From contig JAUQPL010000006.1 of the NCBI GenBank assembly GCA_030550395.1, forward strand, positions 4,624-68,623: a DNA stretch of 64,000 nt, written 5' to 3'. Positions 18,666 to 26,792 of the stretch are shown here, piece after piece (position 1 is the stretch's first letter; each line of letters opens with the position of its first letter). Source of the DNA: Bacteroidota bacterium. GTDB taxonomy: Bacteria > Bacteroidota > Ignavibacteria > Kapaibacteriales > HRBIN21. Both the position numbers and the translations under genes were made by a program. Under the pieces are notes generated by a model. That model worked only from the letters and a program-made list of their open reading frames with translations. It made no database searches and was not told where the DNA came from.

Positions 18666-21600
18666 ATGCGAGGGCGATGTGTTCTCTTACTTTGCATGCT
18701 TTTGGCTAGTATCTTGAGTACTCAGGCACGGACGCTACAGAGTGGAACGCCGCAAAAAGATAGCGATGCTGCCCAACCAATGCGTCTGGCACAGGGAACG
18801 TTTGAACAACGGAAAAACCGTGTTAGCCGTATAGAGTTCTATTCCACCAACTATGGCATCTTCGGGCTCAACATTGCGGCAAACCGCGGTGGGGGATTTT
18901 GGCCCCGCGGCTCGCAGAACCAGTATATCTTCGGCGGAGGAATTTGGTTCGCTGCCAAGAAATGGGTGCGAAATGAATTGCGCAAACTTGTGGTCCTCTC
19001 CTATAACCCTAACTCTGGAGCTTCGTGGATGGTGCCCGGGCGTATCGCTGACGGGGATGAGTATAGCGACGACCTGAAGGATAAATATCAGCTTTACTTT
19101 TCCACCGACTATGCACCGGATGGTACGCCTCTTCCGGAGAGAGCTGGAGAGCGTCCCCAAGGACCGAATTGGCCACTGTGGATTACCTCAGAGACAGAAA
19201 CACTAAAGGTTAATCGCTACTTTGGTGACTACGTTGATGACCTCGATAAGCGAAACGTACAAACATATCCCCGAGGTCCGGCTTTCATCTCGCAAGAAGA
19301 CATTTGGTCGGTTTTCAAGGACACAGATTTGCGGCGTTACGAAGGCGGGGTTGCCGTTCGCCGCTCACAGGGGTATCCGCTGCGGGTAGAAATTGAGCAA
19401 ACTATCTACTCGTGGGGCTTTGGGGATTACGGGGACTTCATCTTCCTGAAGTACCTCATCATCAATCGTTCGCGGGACACTTTGTGGGAATGCTGGATGG
19501 CGCCGGCAATGGATTTTGATATTGGTCCGGCGAATAACCCCGTGGGGATTGCTGGAAATGACCGAGTACGCTTCTACGACGAGGACCCCAGTCTCAATTT
19601 GGCCATTCAGTGGAGTAATCCCGATCAGGGTGAGGGAGGAAAGGGCTTTGGATATCTAGGGATGACCTTCCTAGAGAGCCCTGCTGTGGACCCGATGACG
19701 GGGTTCATCCGAAAGGATAAGCGTTTCTATCCTCTACAGGAGCAGCTAGGGTTAGTGACGTTCCGAAACTGGGTTATCCAAAACGACCCTTCGGGAGATG
19801 AAGAGCGATACGACTTTATGGCTGCCCGTATTCGCGATGGCGATACAGGACCTGGCGATAAGCGCTTTCTGATGGCAACGGGGCCTTTCAACATGGCGCC
19901 AGGAGATACAGCACGGGTAGTCGTTGGGCTGGTATTGGCTCCGACTTCTACGGGAGCCGATCCGAGAGGCTCCGGTGATTTGGATGAATTGGTGCGCAAG
20001 GTCCGTTTTGCACAGGCAGTCTATGATGGTGGGTTCAAGGCCCCTGTGCCACCGGATCGCCCCAATATTAGTTGGACTCCTCTCAATGGAGGAGTTGTTA
20101 TCCGGTGGGACTCCACGGCGGAGTACTCTTACGATGATAGCGAGCGAGGGCTGGACTTTTTGGGATACCGGCTCTATCGTGCGCGGCGGATGGACTTGGA
20201 TTCCTTTGATGTAGACAATCGCCCTTCCATCGCCCGGGGACCCTTTGGCTGGAAGGAAATTGCTCGGTGGGAAGTCCCGTATCCGTTCGTAAAGAAGAGT
20301 GACCGACCGTTGTTGGCAGGCGTCAGTAAGAATCCCCTCATAGACTCTCTCATTTTCCTCCGCCAATCGGATACGGCAGGCTTCAGTGTGGAGGTAGCTC
20401 GCGTGGGGTATGGAGGGGAGCCGTGGGGAGAGTTCTGGCAGAGCCTGGATCCGAATGTGCGTAACCGTTACCTCCAAGGCCGGGTAGAAATCAGCCGCGC
20501 ACTGACGGGAGGTCGTGGACTGAAGCGAGCGGATTTCGCTACAACGGAGGAGTTCCTCAACGCCCTCTATGACTACATCCAGCAAGGAAAGGCGACGGTG
20601 ATTTTCCCCGATTTTGATGACGACCCCGATTTGCGGCAGCGTGTCCGCCAGACCATTGCTCGGTATATGGCCCGTGTTACCAATAACCGCACGTTTGTGG
20701 ATGTCGGGGATGATAACCGAGACGGTGTGGTAGAGGATCACCCCGATCCAACCCGAACGGAGCGGCTTTTCAATAATGTGGACTACTACTACCGGTTGTT
20801 GGCGTATGACGAGGGCGATCTCATCCAACGGACTCCGGGCAAACTCAATATTGGGGTAGCAGGGGTCAACGTCGTCCAGGCTTTCCCCCGCTCAGCTCCT
20901 GCTAGCGAGGCGGCAACGGTTACGATCACGGCAGAAGACCGTGATAAGCTGGGTGGTATTTACAATCTCCGCTTCTTGGTTCAGGACCCGCAACGGCTCC
21001 AGCAGCTTTTTGCCGGACACGAGTTGGAAATTGAGTTCCAACCTCTTTGGTTTGGGACCGCTTTCTTTGCCCCTTCCGGGATGGTCAATGGGATTTATGC
21101 CCGTGAAATCATCCTCCGTGATCTTACAACCGGCACGGAGTTAGGTCGGTATCAGACACTCTTTGAACCGACTCAATGCCAAAGTAGCGTATTGGGAATG
21201 CCATCGGAGTTTGCGGGGGTTTCTACAGGTGATACGACCCAGGGAATCGGGCGCCTTGATACGGTCGGATATATCCAGCGAACAGGGACCTTTCGGACCG
21301 ACGCGGTATGCAATGCTCCGGATCAATATGTCTTCGGTACACTTGGCTTTGCCTTTGACTATGCTCTGCAACAGTGGGCGGGTCAGTACCGTCCCTACAG
21401 GGCGCAACGGCGAACGGCAGGGCCGGTCGATGTACCCGTCTATCCCGATCGTACACAAGTGCAGCTAACACAGCCGGACCCTGTCACGGGCCGGTATGTG
21501 AGCTTTAACAATGGTCCGGCGCGGTACTTGGTAGTCCTGGAGCCTGGGGGTGTAGAGACGGTGACAATCACATGGAATTCAGGGAGGAACTCCAAAGAAG

Positions 21601-22493
21601 TGCAGGTGCCGTACTACAATATCCGGGTGTTTAATGACCTCAGCTTTGAGCGTCTCGATCCCGAAACGGGGCAACCAGTCAAGGTGCACTATCCGGGTGA
21701 ACTGCAGCGGGTAGATCTCAGCCTGACGCGGGGTACAGGACCGGATGCTCGGCAAGTGCCGATAGGAGCTTACGGCTTTGCTGCTGTACCGTGGGTTAAC
21801 GGACGGAGTGCCGATGGGATTAGCCAGCGTCGGACGCAGCTGGGGGATTGGATGCCGCAACAGGGGCGTTACTACCTGTCGGTGATTGATGGAACGGATA
21901 CAGTTGACTTTGTCCACGTCTTCGTTGCTTCCGGGTGCCGCTTCGTTGTGGATTTTGCCAATAAGCGCGGGTGGAGTGTATCGCCGCTGGCGGGAGTAGA
22001 GAGAGCGCCGCTACAGCCCACTCAGGACTTCCAAGCGGGAGATACGATTGTGTTTGAAACAACCGGTGGGGCACTGGGCTTGCCGCTGCCAGGGGCGAAG
22101 ATTCGGGCTCGGGTTAGCCAACCGACACCGCTGGAGAATATCACTGACGCGCTGTTGGAACAGCAAGTCAAAGTTGTGCCGAACCCCTACTACGTAACCC
22201 ATCAAGCCCAGCGCTCTCAGTATGATGCGAAGATCTTCTTCACTCGGTTGCCTGAGCGATGCACGATCCGCATCTACACGCTCGCTGGGGCACTAGTCCG
22301 GACTTTGGAATATGATGCTCGTACGGCGCAGGAGGTGGGGCGCCTAGGAGTAGCAATCTGGGACCTGCTCTCGGATAACCTGCAGCGGGTTGCCAGTCAA
22401 GCATTCGTTGCGCACATTGAAACTCCTAACGGTGCTAAAGCCGTGATCCCCTTCAGCGTTGTCGTTGGTGGAATTCGGCAAGTTCCAGAGTAA
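18666..22493 (+). CDS. large secreted protein of unknown function with FN3-like segment and sorting-domain-like C-terminus
   Basis: Signal peptide; 'PPDRP...VVIRWD...GYRLYR...YYYRLLAYD'; C-term 'KVVPNPYYV...FTRLPERCTIRIYTLAGALVRTL...WDL'. Confidence 0.75.
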   Translation: MRGRCVLLLCMLLASILSTQARTLQSGTPQKDSDAAQPMRLAQGTFEQRKNRVSRIEFYSTNYGIFGLNIAANRGGGFWPRGSQNQYIFGGGIWFAAKKWVRNELRKLVVLSYNPNSGASWMVPGRIADGDEYSDDLKDKYQLYFSTDYAPDGTPLPERAGERPQGPNWPLWITSETETLKVNRYFGDYVDDLDKRNVQTYPRGPAFISQEDIWSVFKDTDLRRYEGGVAVRRSQGYPLRVEIEQTIYSWGFGDYGDFIFLKYLIINRSRDTLWECWMAPAMDFDIGPANNPVGIAGNDRVRFYDEDPSLNLAIQWSNPDQGEGGKGFGYLGMTFLESPAVDPMTGFIRKDKRFYPLQEQLGLVTFRNWVIQNDPSGDEERYDFMAARIRDGDTGPGDKRFLMATGPFNMAPGDTARVVVGLVLAPTSTGADPRGSGDLDELVRKVRFAQAVYDGGFKAPVPPDRPNISWTPLNGGVVIRWDSTAEYSYDDSERGLDFLGYRLYRARRMDLDSFDVDNRPSIARGPFGWKEIARWEVPYPFVKKSDRPLLAGVSKNPLIDSLIFLRQSDTAGFSVEVARVGYGGEPWGEFWQSLDPNVRNRYLQGRVEISRALTGGRGLKRADFATTEEFLNALYDYIQQGKATVIFPDFDDDPDLRQRVRQTIARYMARVTNNRTFVDVGDDNRDGVVEDHPDPTRTERLFNNVDYYYRLLAYDEGDLIQRTPGKLNIGVAGVNVVQAFPRSAPASEAATVTITAEDRDKLGGIYNLRFLVQDPQRLQQLFAGHELEIEFQPLWFGTAFFAPSGMVNGIYAREIILRDLTTGTELGRYQTLFEPTQCQSSVLGMPSEFAGVSTGDTTQGIGRLDTVGYIQRTGTFRTDAVCNAPDQYVFGTLGFAFDYALQQWAGQYRPYRAQRRTAGPVDVPVYPDRTQVQLTQPDPVTGRYVSFNNGPARYLVVLEPGGVETVTITWNSGRNSKEVQVPYYNIRVFNDLSFERLDPETGQPVKVHYPGELQRVDLSLTRGTGPDARQVPIGAYGFAAVPWVNGRSADGISQRRTQLGDWMPQQGRYYLSVIDGTDTVDFVHVFVASGCRFVVDFANKRGWSVSPLAGVERAPLQPTQDFQAGDTIVFETTGGALGLPLPGAKIRARVSQPTPLENITDALLEQQVKVVPNPYYVTHQAQRSQYDAKIFFTRLPERCTIRIYTLAGALVRTLEYDARTAQEVGRLGVAIWDLLSDNLQRVASQAFVAHIETPNGAKAVIPFSVVVGGIRQVPE

Positions 22494-22511
22494 AGGTGGA
22501 GGGACTCAACG

Positions 22512-23576
22512 ATGGTGCGTGCATATACCCTTGTCCTGGTGCTCTTTGCTGCTACAGCTGAATTGGTAGCTCAGCTCTATGCTCCTTCAGCGGGGAAGTT
22601 CAAGAAGGTGGGTGCTGCTGGTTCGCAGTTCCTGAAGCTTGCTGTTGGGGCCCGAGCTGTTGGGTTAGGGGGAGCCGGGAGTGCGGTCAATGACCTGACG
22701 GCTGTCTACTGGAACCCTGCCGGGATTGCTGATGTGAAGAGTATCAGTGGACATTTCTCGTACACGCAATGGTTTGGTGGCTTCTCCCACCAATTTGCAG
22801 CGGCTTCCGTTCCGTTGGGTGAAAATTACTGTATTGCTCTCAGCTTGGTTAGCTTTACCAGTGGGGATATTCCCGTGACTACCTTGGAGCAGCCCGATGG
22901 AACGGGGGCAACGTATACGATCTCCGATATAGCAATCGGAGCAACCTTTGGGGGAAGGATCACGGAGCAGTTTTCCTTCGGAGTCACAGGACGCTTTGTG
23001 CAGAACGGCCTCTTGAATGTCTCCAGCACGGGGCTAACCTTTGATGTTGGAACGCTGTATCAGACGGATTTCTACGGGCTACGGCTTGGCTTTTCGGTGC
23101 ACAACTTGGGACCAGACATGCAGTATTCGGGACAGGGGCTCTACCTGCAGCGTCGCCTTTTGGATGCCCTCAACGCTGATCCGACAGCAATAAGTATTGT
23201 GACGAATCCGTATGCGGTTCCTCTTATGTTCCGTGCTGGTATTGCCTTTGACCTCCTCAGCGTCATCCAGGGGAAGCAGGAGACTCCTAAACTGTATGCG
23301 GAGGGGCATCAGACCCATCGGCTCATCACCGCTGTGGATTTTGAAACCTATTCTGACGTTCCCGAGCAGTTCGCCGTTGGGATGGAATACACATGGAACG
23401 AGCTTCTCTCGGTGCGGGCGGGCTATCGGTTCGGGAATGACCAAATGGGGCTCACCGCAGGTGTTGGAGTCCGCTACATTGGCAGCGGCTTCCGGGGGCA
23501 GATTGATTATGCCTTGACACCGACTCGGTTGTTGGGATTGGTGAACCGGCTGAGCCTGACGCTGAGTTTGGAGTAA
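22512..23576 (+). CDS. PorV/PorQ family outer-membrane barrel
   Basis: 'GSQFLKLAVGARAVGLGGA...AVYWNPAG', 'FDVGTLY', 'LGFSVHNLG', 'FAVGMEY', 'VRAGY'. Confidence 0.88.
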   Translation: MVRAYTLVLVLFAATAELVAQLYAPSAGKFKKVGAAGSQFLKLAVGARAVGLGGAGSAVNDLTAVYWNPAGIADVKSISGHFSYTQWFGGFSHQFAAASVPLGENYCIALSLVSFTSGDIPVTTLEQPDGTGATYTISDIAIGATFGGRITEQFSFGVTGRFVQNGLLNVSSTGLTFDVGTLYQTDFYGLRLGFSVHNLGPDMQYSGQGLYLQRRLLDALNADPTAISIVTNPYAVPLMFRAGIAFDLLSVIQGKQETPKLYAEGHQTHRLITAVDFETYSDVPEQFAVGMEYTWNELLSVRAGYRFGNDQMGLTAGVGVRYIGSGFRGQIDYALTPTRLLGLVNRLSLTLSLE

Positions 23577-23608
23577 GGAAGACAGTAACCCACTTTTCTG
23601 CCCTTGCA

Positions 23609-23643
23609 GCTCTTCGCCCAAAAGAGGCGGGAGGGTGTTTTTT
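23609..23643 (+). terminator. putative intrinsic terminator
   Basis: Imperfect GC-rich hairpin (CTCTTCGCC/GGCGGGAG) followed by a T-run, between convergent genes. Confidence 0.45.
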
Positions 23644-23653
23644 GCTTGAGAGC

Positions 23654-24745
23654 TTATAGCAGATTGTGTCGCTTTTTGCGGCGCAGATAGCGAACGACTT
23701 CGGCGACGCGCTCGGAGATGCCTCGGGGGCAGATGAGCGTTGCGTGTTCGGTTTCAATGACGATCAGATCGTTCACACCGACCAAGGCGACAGGCTTTCC
23801 CCCACAAGCGCTGACGTAGCAGGAGGTGGTGTCCAAAGCGATAACGTCGCCATGCAACACGTTCCCGCGCGGGTCCTTTAACGAGCGGCGATAGACTTCA
23901 TCCCATGTGCCGACATCGCTCCAGTCAAAGGAGCAGCGAAGGGCCAGCATCTGCGAAGCTGCTATTTCCAGAAGTCCATGCTCAATGGACAACGGGCGGA
24001 GCTGGCGGTAGAGAGCCTCAATAGCGGAAAGGAACTCCTGGGAGTGAAACCGTTGGCACCGTAATTCAGCGAAGAGGGAGTAGTAGTCCGGACGGTAACG
24101 TTCCAGGAGCTTCCAGGCAGTAGCAATTGGGAGAGCAAGGATGCCACTGTACCAGAGGAAGTCACCCAACTCCAGAAAGCGCTGGGCGGTTTCCAAGTCT
24201 GGCTTTTCGGCGAAGGTGCGAACCCGAAAAACGTATTCCTGCCCGATCTGCAGTTCGGGTGCTTCCTCTATCTGTATGTATCCAAACCGGGTCTCTGGGC
24301 GGCTAGGGGGAAGTCCCAGGACGACGGGGCGTTGGGTGGAGGAAGCAGCCCAAGCAGCGTGTTCCACGCTCTGGTGGAATTCCCCCACATTGGCGATGGC
24401 GTGGTCAGCAGGAAAGAGGAAAAGAACCGTGTCTGGGGAACAACGTTGCTCCCACCATAGTGCTGAGAGAGCGAGGCAAGGCGCCGTATTGCGTGCGATG
24501 GGCTCAAGGATGAGCTGAGTGGGGGGGAAGTCGGGAAGATGGCGTTGGAGGAGACTGCTCAGTGCTGTCGTTGTGGCAATAGCGATACGGTCCGGTGGAA
24601 AGAGAGGCTGGAGGCGGCGCAGGGTGCTCTGGAGCATGGAACCGTCAGGGTGAAGGGGAAGGCAGAATTTTGGCATCTGTTGCCGACTCTGAGGCCATAG
24701 GTAGGCGTCAACACCACCGGCTAAAATCGTTGCGACAGCGTTCAT
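23654..24745 (-). CDS. mannose-1-phosphate guanylyltransferase paralogue with degenerate signature motif
   Basis: 'EPIARNTAP', 'FPADH', 'ETRFGYI', 'FAEKP', 'WSDVGTW' retained; N-terminal motif is 'AGGVDAYLWP..PKF'. Confidence 0.8.
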   Translation of the reverse strand: MNAVATILAGGVDAYLWPQSRQQMPKFCLPLHPDGSMLQSTLRRLQPLFPPDRIAIATTTALSSLLQRHLPDFPPTQLILEPIARNTAPCLALSALWWEQRCSPDTVLFLFPADHAIANVGEFHQSVEHAAWAASSTQRPVVLGLPPSRPETRFGYIQIEEAPELQIGQEYVFRVRTFAEKPDLETAQRFLELGDFLWYSGILALPIATAWKLLERYRPDYYSLFAELRCQRFHSQEFLSAIEALYRQLRPLSIEHGLLEIAASQMLALRCSFDWSDVGTWDEVYRRSLKDPRGNVLHGDVIALDTTSCYVSACGGKPVALVGVNDLIVIETEHATLICPRGISERVAEVVRYLRRKKRHNLL

Positions 24746-24823
24746 AGAGCCCGCTCCGGCATAGGGCTTCGGTTGTCGGTTGCAAAAATAGCGAAGGAAC
24801 TTCTGCGCTGCAGGCGGCAGGAT

Positions 24824-26656
24824 TTACTGCCCCGATGCAGGCATGAGTGCACCGTTGAGGAGTTGCAGATAGAGCTGAAGCTGGCGGGATAATTGCTGTT
24901 GTCCGTGGCGCTGTGCGTAGGAGAAGGAGGCGGTGAAGCCGTTGATGAGGAGTCTCCGGAGGTCCTGTACCAGGGAGCTATAGTGGTACCGGCGGAGGCT
25001 GGCGCTGAGGGGTTCCAGGGATGAAAGGGAAAGGAGGCGGGGCGAGAGGGTATCTGCTCGGCTGCTCAGGCGTAGTAGTGGTCCTTCGGGGATTTTAATG
25101 TAGGTGGCGCCGATGGCGGGTTCTCGAGCAATGACTTCAGGCGTTACGTACACAGGACGATGGGATATGTGGGCATCGATGAGAGTGTTGAAGAAGCTTT
25201 CATAAGCTCGTTGCAAGCGGGTAACTTCGTAGGGACGCCCTGATTCAAACAGCTCTAATTGCTGTTCGTACACTTGCTGGGCAGTTGTGCAACACGCCAT
25301 GACCTCGGGGTACCACCGTCGCAGCTGGGGCGGATACCATGTTCGGCGCACAAGTTCCTGCTCCACGAGCACAATGTCCGGCCGTACCTTCTCTACCATT
25401 TGCTTGTACCAAAAAGCGGAGCACCAGAAGTCCCACTGCGAGGAGATGATGAGGGCATTGGGCTGGGCAAGCTCGGTGATAAGCCGAAGGTAGTGGGGAA
25501 CAATCCAATCGTGGCGGCGGTTGTTGAAGTGCCAGTTCGTTGCGAGGTTGAGGAGGGGCAAAGCGATGAAGGAGTAGCGGAGAAGGGGAGTAATTCGGAG
25601 ACGTTCCCATACACTAGCAATGCCGACTGTCGTTGCCATCCCGAGGGCACCATAAGCTTGCAGGAAGTAAGGGGCGATGTCGTGGATACTGTAGTTGAGG
25701 GCATACACTAAGCATCCTGCCATTACCAGAAGCAGCCATATTGCCAATGGACGCTGGAGCTTCCAGAGGCGAAACAAGCCGATTGCCGTAAAAGGCAGTC
25801 CTATGAGCCCGAGTTGCCATGGGAGGAGCTCCAGGAATAGGCGTGAATGAGCTACCCACGTAGTGCGGTCAGCAAACATCCAGACCTGGTACTGCCTGCC
25901 GGTAATATGGGCGAAAAATTTCTCCCATCCTCGGGCAACTCCGCCCCAATCCAGGGGTGGCTGAGCAGCACTCCGAAGGGGTAGGGACAGGTAGAGTAGC
26001 AGAGCAAGGGTCAACGCTAGTCCAATCGAGGCCAGAAGTCTCCTGTCCCAACGGCGTAGAGGGACAACTAGTAGCCAAAGGAACGCTGGGCCTAGGAGCA
26101 TCATCATGGCGTGGTTCGTTAGTCCCAAACCGAACAGATATGCGCTACCGAGCAGAAATTGCGCATTTCCAGTTCTCCATGCCCGGAGAAATCCCCATGC
26201 TGCTAGCCACAGTAGGGCAAGGTGGATGGAATACACCTCTATCGCTGTGCCTTGTGCCCAGACAGTGCGAGCAGAAGCGTAGGTCAAGGCACCGAGTGAG
26301 CAAACAACAAGTTGGTGGTGGAGGTGAAGGGAGCGATGAGAGGCTTGAAGGATTTCCCAGCAGATACCGAAGAAGGCTAAAACGGAAAGGGCAGTATAAA
26401 CCGCCGCCAGTAGGTTCAAGGCGCTTATAGGCGGGGCAAACGGGGCTGTCAGTAGGAGCCAGGTGCGTCCAAGGAGCGTGAAGAGCGGATAACCTGTCGG
26501 ATGGGCGACACCCCAGACGAGGCAGCAGGCAGCAAGTTCTCCTGCATCTGTGAAAGTGACGTCGGGGGCGACGGTGAAAGCATACAGACAAAAAGCCAAG
26601 ACAGAGCAGCCAACAGCGGTCAACCAGAAGGGACGTGAAAGCTTGTCAGGAGGCAT
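24824..26656 (-). CDS. DUF2723 / TMEM260-like (GT117-type) membrane glycosyltransferase
   Basis: 'DAGEL...GVAHPTGYPLF', 'AIEVY', 'GLGLTNH', 'YLSLPLRS..PPLDWG'; many TM helices. Confidence 0.82.
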   Translation of the reverse strand: MPPDKLSRPFWLTAVGCSVLAFCLYAFTVAPDVTFTDAGELAACCLVWGVAHPTGYPLFTLLGRTWLLLTAPFAPPISALNLLAAVYTALSVLAFFGICWEILQASHRSLHLHHQLVVCSLGALTYASARTVWAQGTAIEVYSIHLALLWLAAWGFLRAWRTGNAQFLLGSAYLFGLGLTNHAMMMLLGPAFLWLLVVPLRRWDRRLLASIGLALTLALLLYLSLPLRSAAQPPLDWGGVARGWEKFFAHITGRQYQVWMFADRTTWVAHSRLFLELLPWQLGLIGLPFTAIGLFRLWKLQRPLAIWLLLVMAGCLVYALNYSIHDIAPYFLQAYGALGMATTVGIASVWERLRITPLLRYSFIALPLLNLATNWHFNNRRHDWIVPHYLRLITELAQPNALIISSQWDFWCSAFWYKQMVEKVRPDIVLVEQELVRRTWYPPQLRRWYPEVMACCTTAQQVYEQQLELFESGRPYEVTRLQRAYESFFNTLIDAHISHRPVYVTPEVIAREPAIGATYIKIPEGPLLRLSSRADTLSPRLLSLSSLEPLSASLRRYHYSSLVQDLRRLLINGFTASFSYAQRHGQQQLSRQLQLYLQLLNGALMPASGQ

Positions 26657-26792
26657 TGGAATAGACGCAGCAGATGCCGTTCGTCTGTCGGGACGAATCC
26701 TTCGCATTTCAGAAGGACTGCCGGGGTGGACTTGTAGTCGGGAGCTCCCTGTTCAGGGCAATTAAGTTCCTACAAATTCCGAGCTCAAAGGC

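Noticed and set aside
19752..20828. 358-aa antisense ORF (also 13309-14190, 55625-56344, 54874-55560)
   Set aside because: Shadow frames of well-supported genes in GC-rich DNA; no recognisable motifs.
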